Shown one piece after another: positions 1-9,588 of a stretch of DNA of 64,000 nt (positions are counted from its first letter, which is position 1; every line of letters begins with the position of its first letter). Made by a program: the position numbers and the translations under genes. Source of the DNA: an uncultured Candidatus Saccharibacteria bacterium (lineage in GTDB: Bacteria > Patescibacteriota > Minisyncoccia > Phycocordibacterales > UBA2100). The notes beneath the pieces were generated by a model. The model searched no databases. It was given only the letters and a program-made list of their open reading frames with translations, and was not told the DNA's origin. Where the stretch lies: assembly GCA_964534465.1 (NCBI GenBank), contig CAZHOB010000001.1, positions 33,870-97,869 on the forward strand. Reading direction: 5' to 3'.

Positions 1-2
1 CT

Positions 3-383
3 TTTTGCGCGGCCGTCGTCGGTGGACTCCTCGCATTTTTATGGTTCAACGTACCGCCCGCGCGTTACTACATGAGCGATACCGGCACGATGGGCCTCAC
101 GCTCGCGCTCGCCGTCGTTGCGTTCATGACGGACAATTTGGGTGGAGGAGTAGGCATCGCTGTCTTACCTGTCATCGGGGCCCTGCTCGTCATCACGGTC
201 GCATCCAACATCGCGCAGATGATATCCAAAACTCTCTTCGGTAAGAAACTCTTCCGTATCGCGCCGTTGCATCATCATTTCGAATCGCTCGGCTGGCCCG
301 GCTACAAAGTCGCCATGCGTTACTGGATTCTCTCCGTCATGTTCGCATTCACGGGCGTCATTCTCGCGCTTTCGGTTCTCTAA
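3..383 (+). CDS. mraY: Phospho-N-acetylmuramoyl-pentapeptide transferase, 3' part (truncated by window edge)
   Basis: Frame open from nt 3: FLWFNVPPARYYMSDTG and LFRIAPLHHHFE are MraY signature motifs; followed by ftsW and murG. Confidence 0.95.
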   Translation, partial: FCAAVVGGLLAFLWFNVPPARYYMSDTGTMGLTLALAVVAFMTDNLGGGVGIAVLPVIGALLVITVASNIAQMISKTLFGKKLFRIAPLHHHFESLGWPGYKVAMRYWILSVMFAFTGVILALSVL

Positions 384-389
384 AAAAGC

Positions 390-1493
390 ATGGGAAAGGG
401 AAGACATGTAGATACAACTCTCTCAATACTCCTCGCCTTGCTCGTCATAGCCGGACTATTCATTTTTTCGTCCGCAGCCTTCGGATTTCTCGGTCGTGGC
501 GCGAGCAACATCTCTTCGATCGCGTTCAATCATCTCGTACTCGGCGTGGGAGTAGGGCTTGTGCTGCTTGTGGCCATGGTTGCTATTGATTACCATGTGT
601 GGCGTGTGGGAGCGCCGTATATTTTTGTGGCGGCCATCCTTTTCACTTCGTTCGTTTTCATTCCACACATTGGCATGGAGCATGGCGGGGGGCGACGCTG
701 GCTCTCGCTGCTCGGTATCACGGTACAGCCATCAGAAGGATTGAAGCTCGCCGTCATACTCATGGCCTCGGCGTATTTTGCGACTATCAAACACAAAGTG
801 GAGACCATCCAATTCGGCCTCCTTGGATTCATTGCGCTCATCGCATTTCCCGCGTTCATTCTGATCGCCCAGCCTGATCTCGGCACGCTCGGCGTTATCG
901 TACTCTCCGCGGGTGCGGTATTTTTTTGCTCCGGTGCACGCGTGCGCGATATCGCTGTGGCGTTTTGCATCGCCGTTCTCGCGCTTGGCGTCATGGCGAT
1001 AGCGAAGCCCTACGTGCGTGATCGGGTCATGACATTCCTCGATCCCGCCAAGGGTCAGAACGCGGAAAGTTATCAGATACGCCAATCACTCATCGCCATC
1101 GGCTCCGGCGGCTTTTTCGGCAGGGGATTCGGACAGGGGATACAAAAGTTCACCTATTTGCCCGAGCCGATGGGTGATTCCATCTTTGCCGTCGCCGGCG
1201 AAGAGCTCGGATTCGTCGGCTCCGCGACGCTCATCCTGCTTTTTCTTGCTTTTGGTCTTCGCGGTTTTGCCATCGCATCAAGTGCCCCTGATGCCTTCGG
1301 CTTCTTGATGGCCGTCGGTATTTCCACCTACCTCACTGCCGAGGCCTTCATCAATATAGCCGCCATGCTCGGGCTCGCTCCGCTCACCGGCATTCCGCTC
1401 ACATTCATTTCCCAAGGCGGCTCCGCCGTGCTCGTCTCCCTCGCGAGCGCAGGAATACTTCTCAATATTTCGAGATATCGGATAAAGCGGTAA
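390..1493 (+). CDS. ftsW: SEDS family peptidoglycan polymerase FtsW
   Basis: Multi-TM protein; GGRRWL, QPSE, QPDLGT, YQIRQSLIAIGSGG, YLPEPMGDSIFAVAGEELG, PLTGIPLTFISQGGS; lies between mraY and murG. Confidence 0.93.
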   Translation: MGKGRHVDTTLSILLALLVIAGLFIFSSAAFGFLGRGASNISSIAFNHLVLGVGVGLVLLVAMVAIDYHVWRVGAPYIFVAAILFTSFVFIPHIGMEHGGGRRWLSLLGITVQPSEGLKLAVILMASAYFATIKHKVETIQFGLLGFIALIAFPAFILIAQPDLGTLGVIVLSAGAVFFCSGARVRDIAVAFCIAVLALGVMAIAKPYVRDRVMTFLDPAKGQNAESYQIRQSLIAIGSGGFFGRGFGQGIQKFTYLPEPMGDSIFAVAGEELGFVGSATLILLFLAFGLRGFAIASSAPDAFGFLMAVGISTYLTAEAFINIAAMLGLAPLTGIPLTFISQGGSAVLVSLASAGILLNISRYRIKR

Positions 1494-1495
1494 TA

Positions 1496-1524
1496 TTGAC
1501 ATGTAATGGAATACGTGTTAAATA
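1496..1524 (+). promoter_or_regulatory. Putative sigma70 promoter of the inserted hypothetical gene
   Basis: TTGACA right after the ftsW stop, then an AT-rich TG-TTAAAT at 16-17 bp spacing. Confidence 0.45.
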
Positions 1525-1553
1525 AGTTATAGGTATTAGGTGGGGGGGTGGCG

Positions 1554-1793
1554 ATGTTCAGCCAAGCCGGACCGGGGTTTCGAATCTACTGTGACACTAA
1601 GGCTCGCGTTCTGCGAGTGGCAACGAACACGTTCGCGTCTGTTCCGGGTCTTAAGCCGCAGTGGGACGAAAGCGAGGAGTTTACCACCGAAGAAGCATGG
1701 CACAATAGCGCTTTCTCAAACCGCGTTACCGATGAAGCGGTGCGCGAGACCATCGACTGGTTTTGGATCGACATGTCACAAACTTCAGGATAA
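1554..1793 (+). CDS. Hypothetical protein (79 aa) inserted between ftsW and murG
   Basis: ORF with its own putative promoter and a downstream hairpin plus T-run (about 1795-1829). Confidence 0.55.
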   Translation: MFSQAGPGFRIYCDTKARVLRVATNTFASVPGLKPQWDESEEFTTEEAWHNSAFSNRVTDEAVRETIDWFWIDMSQTSG

Positions 1794-1892
1794 CGAGGCT
1801 CATCTTTGCGGGTGGGTCTCTACTTTTTTGCACCCGCCACCTACTGGCGCAGGGCACTGCACTCGCCTCCGCTCGTTTGATACAATAGTGAA

Positions 1893-3014
1893 ATGCGCAT
1901 CGTGTTCACCGGCGGCGGGACGGGCGGGCATTTTTACCCACTTATTGCGGTCGCTGAGGCTATAGAGGACATCTGCAAAGAGCGCACCCTCATCGAGCCG
2001 GAGCTCTTCTACACCGGCTCCGCCCCCTTCGACCCGCAGGCGCTGCAGGAGCACGATATTACGCACCTTTCGAGCTCGTCGGGGAAATCCGATGTGTTCG
2101 GTTTTTTCAAAAATCTGTGGGGTATTTATCGCGCCACGATCCAGCTTTTCGGGCTGTACCCGGATGTCATCTTCAGCACGGGCGGGTATGCTGCGTTTCC
2201 TACCCTTTATGCGGCCCGCTTATTGCACATTCCCGTGGTTATTTACGACGCCGACGCGGCGCCCGGCAAGGTATCGCTTTGGTCATCGAGTTTTGCCAAA
2301 TGGATAGCCGTGGCACACCCCGATGCCGCAAAAAAATTCTCCGCCAAGGTGCGCAACAGGATCGCGCGCACCGGCCATCCCATCCGAAAAGAAATAGAAC
2401 ATCCCGCCAAAGAAGGCGGTTATGAATTCTTGAAATTAGATGACACTGTGCCCGTCATCTTCATTATGGGCGGCTCGCAAGGTGCCAGAGCGATCAACGA
2501 AGTCGTCATCGACGCTCTGCCCGACCTCGTTACGAGGTACGATGTCGTCCATCAGGTCGGCGCTGCCAATCTGAAGGGTATGACAGGTCTCGCATCGGTC
2601 GTGCTCAAAGATTCGCAATTCAAAGAGCGCTACAGGGTTTTCGGCCTGCTCAACACGCTCGCGCTGCGTATGACGGCCGGCATCGCATCACTCGTTATTT
2701 CGCGCGCCGGCAGCGGCACGATCTTTGAGATAGCAAGCTGGGGGGTGCCGGCGATCCTGGTTCCCATCCCCAAGGACGTCTCTCACGACCAGATAGAGAA
2801 TGCATTCTCGTACGCGCGCGCCGGAGGCGCGGTGGTCATCGAGCAGGAAAACCTCACGCCGCACATTCTCGCGGCCGAGATCGATCGCCTGCTTGCCAAC
2901 ACGGACATGAAAGAGAAGATGGTCGAATCGGGCAAAATGTTTGCACGCCCCGATGCATCACGTAAAATTGCCGAGATACTGCTCGAGGTCAGCATTTCGC
3001 ACGAACCGCAATGA
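1893..3014 (+). CDS. murG: UDP-GlcNAc:lipid I N-acetylglucosaminyltransferase
   Basis: GGGTGGHFYP, GGY, GGSQGA, SRAGSGTI and DQxxNA motifs. Confidence 0.97.
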   Translation: MRIVFTGGGTGGHFYPLIAVAEAIEDICKERTLIEPELFYTGSAPFDPQALQEHDITHLSSSSGKSDVFGFFKNLWGIYRATIQLFGLYPDVIFSTGGYAAFPTLYAARLLHIPVVIYDADAAPGKVSLWSSSFAKWIAVAHPDAAKKFSAKVRNRIARTGHPIRKEIEHPAKEGGYEFLKLDDTVPVIFIMGGSQGARAINEVVIDALPDLVTRYDVVHQVGAANLKGMTGLASVVLKDSQFKERYRVFGLLNTLALRMTAGIASLVISRAGSGTIFEIASWGVPAILVPIPKDVSHDQIENAFSYARAGGAVVIEQENLTPHILAAEIDRLLANTDMKEKMVESGKMFARPDASRKIAEILLEVSISHEPQ

Positions 3015-3024
3015 TATCTTTTGT

Positions 3025-4365
3025 ATGAACGTCATTACACGATTCCCCCCATCGCCGACAGGCTTTTTTCATATAGGCAGTGCTCGCACCGCGCTCTTCA
3101 ATTATCTGTTCGCCGCTCATCACGGCGGCACCATGTCCATGCGGTTCGAAGACACCGACACTGCGCGGAGCAAAAGGGAATTCGAGGACGATATTTTGGC
3201 GGGTCTCAAATGGCTCGGCATCGAGTATGAAATGCCAAAAGTCTTCCGCCAATCCGAAAAGACACATGACTATCGTAAATATCTGAAACAGCTGATCGAC
3301 TCCGGTCACGCATACGAAGCTGAGGCCGGCAAAGATGACCCCACCAAAAAAGTGATACGTTTCAAAAATCCCGATCTTCTGCTCGTATTTCACGATCTTA
3401 TCCGCGGCGAGATCTCTGTCGAAACAAAAGACCTCAGCGATTTCGTCATTGCCCGCAACATCGACGACCCACTCTACCATCTTTCCGTCGTAATAGACGA
3501 CCACGAAACAGGTGTCACGCATGTGATCCGCGGCGAAGACCATATATCAAACACGCCGCGCCAGATACTCATCCTCGAGGCCCTCGGCTTTCAGCGACCG
3601 CTCTACGCGCACATTCCACTCATTCTTGCGCCGGATCGCTCCAAGCTTTCCAAACGCCACGGTGCCGTCTCTATTAATGAGTATCGTGAGCAAGGTTTTC
3701 TGCCGCAGGCACTCGTCAATTACATCGCTCTTCTCGGGTGGAATTCGGGAGGAGAGAAGGAGCTCTTTTCCATGCAGGAGCTCATCCAGTCCTTCGACCT
3801 CGAGCAGGTCCAAAAAGGAGGTGCCATTTTCGATATCGAGAAGCTGAAGTGGTTCAATAAGGAGTATTTCAAAAAAATGCCGGAGCAGGAATTCGACGAG
3901 CAAGCGCTCGGTATCCTCAAAGACGCATGCACGAAAAGGAGCGGCTCTTTCAATGACGACGTCGCCAAAAAACTTCTTCCGATCATTCGCGAACGCATTT
4001 CCCTCTGGGGCGACATAAAGACCATGGTGGAGAATGGTGAACTGGATTATTTCTTTTACGATCCCCATCCCACTGCTGCCGAAATCCCGCAGAAGGGGAG
4101 TACCAAGGAGATCGCTTCCCTGCACCTCAAGGCAGCCCTCCAGCTGCTTGCTGAGATCGACTTTGCCGACGCTGAAACGATCAAAAAAACCCTGTGGGAT
4201 TACGCCACGGAAAAAGGGCGAGGAGAGGTGCTTTGGCCTCTTCGCTATTCACTTTCCGGCAAAGATCGCTCACCTGATCCATTCGTCATCGCCTCGATAA
4301 TAGGCAAGGAGGCCAGTCTCCGGCGCATCAGCGCGGCACTCATTAAATTGGCCTCCGGTGCATGA
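3025..4365 (+). CDS. gltX: Glutamate--tRNA ligase
   Basis: TRFPPSPTGFFHIG (HIGH-like), RFEDTD, THVIRGEDH, KLSKR (KMSKS-like); start moved to ATG 3025. Confidence 0.96.
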   Translation: MNVITRFPPSPTGFFHIGSARTALFNYLFAAHHGGTMSMRFEDTDTARSKREFEDDILAGLKWLGIEYEMPKVFRQSEKTHDYRKYLKQLIDSGHAYEAEAGKDDPTKKVIRFKNPDLLLVFHDLIRGEISVETKDLSDFVIARNIDDPLYHLSVVIDDHETGVTHVIRGEDHISNTPRQILILEALGFQRPLYAHIPLILAPDRSKLSKRHGAVSINEYREQGFLPQALVNYIALLGWNSGGEKELFSMQELIQSFDLEQVQKGGAIFDIEKLKWFNKEYFKKMPEQEFDEQALGILKDACTKRSGSFNDDVAKKLLPIIRERISLWGDIKTMVENGELDYFFYDPHPTAAEIPQKGSTKEIASLHLKAALQLLAEIDFADAETIKKTLWDYATEKGRGEVLWPLRYSLSGKDRSPDPFVIASIIGKEASLRRISAALIKLASGA

Positions 4366-5645
4366 ACAGGTGGCTGACATACCCGGCCATCTTTGCCGTC
4401 TTGATAGCTCCGGCAATATCGTATTCGCAACAAGCGACATCGACCGTCGCGCAGTTGCAGCAGCAGATCGATGACCAGAGTACACAGATAAAGCAGCTTG
4501 ATGACGAGATCGCACAATACCAGGTCCAGCTAGATGAAACTTCAAGCAAAAAGCAAACGCTGCAGAACACCGTTACGCAATTGGCGCTTTCCATAAAAAA
4601 GACGACCGCTCAGGTAACCAAGACCAAGAGTCAGATCAAGACTACACAGCTTCAGATACAGGAACTTTCTCACAACATCGAAGGGAAGCAGGATTCCATC
4701 GATACCAATACTGATGCGCTCAAGGAGAGTGTTCGCAGGCTCGATGAAGTGGAATCAAAACCCCTCGCACAGTCGATGCTCTCGTCAGGTCGCATATCGG
4801 AGGCATGGGAGGACGCGGAAAATATCAGTACACTGCAAGCCGCCGTGCGCGACCATATCACTCAATTGTCCAAAGAAAAACAATCACTCGATGATACGAA
4901 GAAGGCTACGGAGGACAAAAAAACTCAACTCGTGCACCAGCAAAATACGCTGCTCGCACAACAAGGCTCGCTCAGCGCCACGAAAAATGCACAAACCGAT
5001 CTTCTCAAAGAGACCAAGAATCAGGAGTCCAACTTCCAATCCATACTTGAGCAAAAACGCGCGGCAAAAGCAGCCTTCGAACAAGCGCTCAACAATCTTC
5101 AGTCAAAGTTGCAGTACGCAGTGGATCTTTCGAAGGTTACGCCAGCCGGAAAGGGTGTTTTGCAATGGCCGCTTGATGTAGTGCGCATTACGCAGTATTT
5201 CGGCAACACGCCTTTCGCCCAATCCGGTGCGTACAATGGCAAGGGCCACAACGGTATCGATCTTGCGGCATCTATTGGCACGCCGGTCAAAGCGGCGCTC
5301 ACGGGCCAAGTGATAGGTACCGGCAACACCGATACCGCACGCGGCTGCTACTCGTTCGGCAAATGGGTCATGGTCAAACACGGCAATGGACTCAACACGA
5401 TGTACGCGCACCTCTCACAAATAAACGTAACGAGCGGCCAGATCGTCGGGACCGGCGAGGTCATCGGCTACAGCGGCGAAACCGGTTACGCGACCGGTCC
5501 GCACCTGCACTTCGGTGTCTACGTCTCGGCCGCCACGCAAATTTTGCGACTAGGGGATGCGACAGCCTCAAAAACACCCTGCGCTGACGCAGTCATGCCC
5601 GTAGTTCCGCTTTCAGGATACTTGAACCCAATGAGCTACTTGTAA
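4362..5645 (+). CDS. Secreted coiled-coil M23 family peptidase (EnvC/NlpD-like)
   Basis: Signal peptide, long Gln/Lys coiled coil, HNGID, YAHLS and TGPHLHF zinc motifs. Confidence 0.92.
   Translation: MNRWLTYPAIFAVLIAPAISYSQQATSTVAQLQQQIDDQSTQIKQLDDEIAQYQVQLDETSSKKQTLQNTVTQLALSIKKTTAQVTKTKSQIKTTQLQIQELSHNIEGKQDSIDTNTDALKESVRRLDEVESKPLAQSMLSSGRISEAWEDAENISTLQAAVRDHITQLSKEKQSLDDTKKATEDKKTQLVHQQNTLLAQQGSLSATKNAQTDLLKETKNQESNFQSILEQKRAAKAAFEQALNNLQSKLQYAVDLSKVTPAGKGVLQWPLDVVRITQYFGNTPFAQSGAYNGKGHNGIDLAASIGTPVKAALTGQVIGTGNTDTARGCYSFGKWVMVKHGNGLNTMYAHLSQINVTSGQIVGTGEVIGYSGETGYATGPHLHFGVYVSAATQILRLGDATASKTPCADAVMPVVPLSGYLNPMSYL
5600..5644 (+). repeat. Direct repeat copy 1 (3' end of the M23 gene)
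   Basis: ccgctttcaggatacttgaacccaatgagcta (5607-5638) is identical to 6931-6962. Confidence 0.95.
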
Positions 5646-5806
5646 AGACACCAACTCCCCCGAAATTAGCAAAAAATGTGGGCGAGACAGGCGACACGGC
5701 ACCCTTTAGCCGACAAATAAGCTCGCTCAATAGCGCACACGCGTCTTGTAAAACATGCAACATGTTGTATTCTGGCTTTGGTCTCGTTCTTTTGAAAGGA
5801 ACAATC

Positions 5807-6328
5807 ATGCCGCAGATCAAAGCTAGTGCCGGTACACCAAAAGTCCTCTCCACGAATCCTTTTCCCACAGATCCCGATCGTGCGGCCATCTGGACCATGC
5901 TCGTCGAGCGTGATATCGCGGCCTACGTGGCAGCGGATTGGTCGATGGTCGAGGATGACTTCATCGCCGATGAATTCATGGGCATCAGCGGCAATCGCGC
6001 CGACGATCCCGACAAATGGACCATCAGCTTTCCCTCGCTCGATGCATATCGCGACCTTTGGCTCGATGCAGCGCATGCGGGTCGGGGTGTCAGTTATGCC
6101 GAAGATTGGGAAGCCGGCATCCACCGGGCAACGAGCCTCACAGAGATCGAGATCGCCGGCGATCGTGCCATTGCGCATAAGAAGTTTAATGGTGAGATCA
6201 AGCGCTTTGATGGTGGCGTAGACAGGCTCAATTGGCAGACGCTGTATTTCTGCCGCAAGGTCGGCGGGCAATGGAAGCTGACGGGATTTGTGGGTTTTCT
6301 TCCGTATCCCATGGGCACGCAAGAATAA
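5807..6328 (+). CDS. Hypothetical protein, probable NTF2/SnoaL-like fold
   Basis: SD-like AAAGGA before ATG 5807; C-terminal IEIAGDRAIA...WQTLYFCRKVGGQWKLTGF pattern typical of NTF2-like proteins. Confidence 0.7.
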   Translation: MPQIKASAGTPKVLSTNPFPTDPDRAAIWTMLVERDIAAYVAADWSMVEDDFIADEFMGISGNRADDPDKWTISFPSLDAYRDLWLDAAHAGRGVSYAEDWEAGIHRATSLTEIEIAGDRAIAHKKFNGEIKRFDGGVDRLNWQTLYFCRKVGGQWKLTGFVGFLPYPMGTQE

Positions 6329-6347
6329 GTCAGTGTAAAAGGTATTT

Positions 6348-6377
6348 GGCTCCCATTACTCGGGAGCTTTCTTTTTT
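6348..6377 (+). terminator. Rho-independent terminator
   Basis: GGCTCCC/GGGAGCT stem followed by a T-rich tail. Confidence 0.75.
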
Positions 6378-6421
6378 ACGGCACATGCGTATAGTGACTG
6401 CAGCGAAATGGAGAATTAAAA

Positions 6422-6874
6422 ATGAAAATGAACTGGCTTATCCAGAGCTCTCTGAGCGTACCGTTGCTCATGATCGCATGGTTGTCGATCCGGTTTTTTC
6501 AGAAAAATCTTGGTGTTCCTGCGCCGGTTTTCCTGTTTTGGTATCTGGTCGGCGGCGCAATTATAGTGGGCCTGTATGTGCGATGGGTCGGTGAATCGCT
6601 TGCGCCATCGTGGGGAATGGTGGCCGCACTTTTGGTCATTGGCCTCACACTTTGCGGAGTAATAAACTTGCTCACCTTCACCGCAGCAGCGAACGCACCC
6701 AATCCGGGACTGCCGGTGGCAATTCAGAACACGACAAGCATATGCACATTTTTGATGGCCATCCTGCTCGCGTGGCTTGTGCCGGCCTACTTCACCGCTA
6801 CCCCGTTCGGCTGGAAAGATTTTGCGGGCATAGTATTTGTTGTCATCGGTGCCAGCTTGATCGCTGTACGTTAG
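6422..6874 (+). CDS. Small DMT/EamA-like membrane protein
   Basis: About 5 TM segments; PNPGLPVAI and C-terminal AGIVFVVIGASLI resemble an EamA half-unit. Confidence 0.7.
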   Translation: MKMNWLIQSSLSVPLLMIAWLSIRFFQKNLGVPAPVFLFWYLVGGAIIVGLYVRWVGESLAPSWGMVAALLVIGLTLCGVINLLTFTAAANAPNPGLPVAIQNTTSICTFLMAILLAWLVPAYFTATPFGWKDFAGIVFVVIGASLIAVR

Positions 6875-6881
6875 GATATCT

Positions 6882-6907
6882 GGCTCCGCTTTATTGCGGA
6901 GCTTTTT
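6882..6907 (+). terminator. Rho-independent terminator
   Basis: GGCTCCGC/GCGGAGCT stem plus TTTT. Confidence 0.75.
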
Positions 6908-6923
6908 GTTATGTTGATCATGG

Positions 6924-6968
6924 CGTCGTCCCGCTTTCAGGATACTTGAACCCAATGAGCTATTTATG
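6924..6968 (+). repeat. Direct repeat copy 2 (orphan 3' end of the M23 gene)
   Basis: 32 bp identical to 5607-5638; flanking codons differ only synonymously (VVPLSGYLNPMSYL). Confidence 0.95.
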
Positions 6969-7040
6969 GAGCAGATTGATTCTGGACGCGACCTGTGGCA
7001 TAACGAATACAGTTCTTTAACATTGCGATAAGGTGAAACA

Positions 7041-7649
7041 ATGCGAAAAGTCACACTGACACTCGACTACAAGCCCCTTGAGAAGCTTGTTGAACTTATA
7101 GACGAACCCAACAGGTCTGCCTGTCACAAACTCTTGCGAGATAATCGGGCGCTTTTCGAAAGTACCCGTGGCTCGACATACAACCATCAGATATGGCCGG
7201 GGGGTTACATCGACCACATCACGGACGGCATGAATTATGCGGATCATTTATACGACTTCGATGCGTCCTTCGGCCGACCGCTGCCATTTTCCAAATCCGA
7301 CGCGCTGCTGGCATTCTTCTTGCATGATCTCGAAAAACCCTGGGCGTTCGGGGTAAATGAGAAAGGCGAGCCCATACGACTACCGGGATTTGACACAAAG
7401 CCCGCCATGCAAGAATTTCGCGAAGAGAAAATTGCGGCCTATGGCTTCGAGCTGACCCCGTATCAGGAGAACGGATATAAATACGCCGAGGGCGAACTCA
7501 ACGACTATTCGCCCAAACGTCGCGTCATGAATGAACTGGCGTCATTTGTACACAAAATTGACAATTGGTCCGCCCGCGGATGGTACAACTACCCAAAGGC
7601 AGAAGGCGATGAGTGGATCGGTGCTAAAAGATTTCGCAGCTCTGATTGA
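7041..7649 (+). CDS. HD-domain phosphohydrolase-like protein
   Basis: STYNHQIWPGGYIDH followed by FFLHDLEK and a later HKID, the H...HD...D pattern of HD proteins. Confidence 0.7.
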   Translation: MRKVTLTLDYKPLEKLVELIDEPNRSACHKLLRDNRALFESTRGSTYNHQIWPGGYIDHITDGMNYADHLYDFDASFGRPLPFSKSDALLAFFLHDLEKPWAFGVNEKGEPIRLPGFDTKPAMQEFREEKIAAYGFELTPYQENGYKYAEGELNDYSPKRRVMNELASFVHKIDNWSARGWYNYPKAEGDEWIGAKRFRSSD

Positions 7650-7655
7650 AGTACT

Positions 7656-7684
7656 GGCCCCGGAGACCAACTCTGGGGCTTTTA
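7656..7684 (+). terminator. Rho-independent terminator
   Basis: GGCCCCGGAG/CTCTGGGGCT stem plus TTT. Confidence 0.7.
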
Positions 7685-7881
7685 TATATTCATGGAGGGT
7701 CTGTCTCCCCCGAATGGCCGTAAAAATCGGGGAGTTACGAGCCGAGATAGGGCGTAAATACAAGCCGAGCTGCCGAGCTCGGATTTTTTTTGAGCGACAA
7801 ATATTTTGGGGAGACGAGCCACGCGCAGCGGGGAGGCATCCTAGAAGGTGAAGGTGTCGCACACCGATAAGTCTCCAGCGG

Positions 7882-7968
7882 CCTTAGATTGTGCGAAGAC
7901 CAATGAGGGCTTTGCACAATCTAAGGGATCTTTTGCGACATTTTGCATGGCATGATGTCGCAAAAGAT
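7882..7968. repeat. Two back-to-back inverted repeats in a convergent intergenic region
   Basis: 7882-7898/7910-7926 (17 bp, 1 mismatch) and 7928-7941/7955-7968 (14 bp, perfect). Confidence 0.9.
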
Positions 7969-8004
7969 ATATTGTGCGACGATACGTAATATTACAACAT
8001 GAAG

Positions 8005-8013
8005 TTATCCACA
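8005..8013 (+). promoter_or_regulatory. Consensus DnaA-box sequence
   Basis: TTATCCACA exact match; a single copy, function unproven. Confidence 0.4.
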
Positions 8014-8168
8014 TATCATCTCGCCACGCCGACACACATTGTCAAGTCCTCTACGGCTCTTGCTTCTGACGTATGAAATATTTTTCCGGCGCTTGTTTTT
8101 TTATGTCGTGTGAAAGTCGGTTCGCCGTCTCTCTTCCCCTGCCCCACGAGGGGTATACCCTAAAAAAG

Positions 8169-8765
8169 CTACTTCACTTTCCAAGGAATTTCGTATTGCT
8201 GAAATTCCGGCAACAATTTTCTTCCGTACAAAAGCCTTGAAATAACTTCCGCATGCGAGAGCGCGCCGGTCATAGCATTGTGTGGAGACGGTTCCTTTGG
8301 GATACCGGTGTAGTTGAGAACGGCATCGAGATTGAGAGCCGACCGACGATGCGATACAGGGGGCTGGATGCCGTGATTGACCATATGCATATAGCAGAGC
8401 GTGTGCGTGTCGATGGTGCGATGCGCGAACGGCCAATCGGTGTGCTTAGCCCTTTCCGCCGCCGCTTTCAAAAAATCTCTGTCAAACGATACGTTCTGGC
8501 CGGCGAATGTGCGCTCCTCTACCCCCTCGCTCCATTGTAGGAAAAGGTGAGTCAGTTCTCCTTCTGAAATTTTCCTCGGATCTGTGATCTCCTCTTTCGT
8601 GAAGCCATTGACTTCCATTGCTTCGTCCATTATGTGCGCACCATCCCAGATATGACACTCTTCATAAAAGCGGTTGGAAGGATCGGCAAAATCGAGCGCT
8701 CCCACGCTCACGATGGAGTGCTTGGAATACTCCGTGCCCGAAGCTTCTACATCAAGGACGATCAT
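8169..8765 (-). CDS. DEDDh 3'-5' exonuclease (DnaQ-like)
   Basis: [30 protein letters not shown]; start chosen at MIVLD, 7 nt after a TACAAT -10 box. Confidence 0.88.
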   Translation of the reverse strand: MIVLDVEASGTEYSKHSIVSVGALDFADPSNRFYEECHIWDGAHIMDEAMEVNGFTKEEITDPRKISEGELTHLFLQWSEGVEERTFAGQNVSFDRDFLKAAAERAKHTDWPFAHRTIDTHTLCYMHMVNHGIQPPVSHRRSALNLDAVLNYTGIPKEPSPHNAMTGALSHAEVISRLLYGRKLLPEFQQYEIPWKVK

Positions 8766-8853
8766 AGGGCACATTGTAGCCTCGATAGGCGGCCCTACCA
8801 AGCCCCAAAACAGATGCTTGCAGCACTTTCCCAAATACTGTATAGTGTCGCCC

Positions 8854-9132
8854 ATGGCAACAACGAAAGCCGGCGGGTCAGCTAAAAACCTCAACGATTC
8901 AAATCCGAAGTACCTCGGCGTGAAGCGTGCCGACGGACAAAAGGTGGAGATCGGGGAGATCATCGTGCGCCAGCGCGGCACGCTCATCATGCCGGGTCGC
9001 AATATCGGCGTCGGTAAAGACCACACACTTTTTGCGCGCATCGCAGGCAAGGTCAGATTCCGCTCTGTTCGCAAATCAGATTTCGACGGTCGGTCAAATC
9101 GCCGCCGCCTCGTGGAAGTCTTGAAAGCTTAA
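8854..9132 (+). CDS. rpmA: 50S ribosomal protein L27
   Basis: [38 protein letters not shown]. Confidence 0.97.
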   Translation: MATTKAGGSAKNLNDSNPKYLGVKRADGQKVEIGEIIVRQRGTLIMPGRNIGVGKDHTLFARIAGKVRFRSVRKSDFDGRSNRRRLVEVLKA

Positions 9133-9140
9133 GTGCTTAT

Positions 9141-9587
9141 CTAAGCCGCCTCTATAGAAACCGTTACGGTTGCTTCGGCCTCATCGCTGAGCAGGCGAAA
9201 TTTGTATTCTCCGACGTCTTTGATGGCATCGCTCTCACCCACAATAAACTCCGGCCGTATCGCGCTGCCGGCATCTCGCTGAAGCGCCACCGCTATCTCT
9301 TCCCTTTGGATGCCCTTGAACAAGTGGCCCTTTTCGTTGGCACGCACGCGGATGGTGATCTTTTTTCCGTCCAATTTTTTCAATGCCTCGTTCGACTCTT
9401 TTGCATTTGCGACCTTCAATGTCGACTCATGTTTTAGTTTCTTCTGGAGTGAGTTCAGCTTCTCCGGTGTGGCCTGCACGGCGAAGCCGTTGGGGATCAG
9501 GTGATTGAGCGCGTAGCCGTCAGCTACTTCTTTGACCGTATCCCGCTGCCCTACCCCGCGCACATCTCTGATAAGAACAACTTTCAT
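9141..9587 (-). CDS. rplI: 50S ribosomal protein L9
   Basis: MKVVLIRDV.GVG...VKEVADGYALNHLIP.G.A. Confidence 0.96.
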   Translation of the reverse strand: MKVVLIRDVRGVGQRDTVKEVADGYALNHLIPNGFAVQATPEKLNSLQKKLKHESTLKVANAKESNEALKKLDGKKITIRVRANEKGHLFKGIQREEIAVALQRDAGSAIRPEFIVGESDAIKDVGEYKFRLLSDEAEATVTVSIEAA

Positions 9588-9588
9588 A

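Noticed and set aside
6348-7684. Integron attC cassette array (three similar TGGCYCC...GGRGCTTT hairpins after small genes)
   Set aside because: They look like ordinary terminators with T tails, lack RYYYAAC/GTTRRRY ends, and there is no integrase
7685-8168. oriC, dif, RNase P RNA, tmRNA or SRP RNA
   Set aside because: Only one perfect DnaA box, no dnaA nearby, no convincing dif halves and none of the hallmark RNA motifs; kept only as an unexplained region
8766-9074. N-terminal extension of the exonuclease in the ORF track (start 9074)
   Set aside because: It overlaps rpmA antisense; the ExoI motif and a -10 box place the start at 8765
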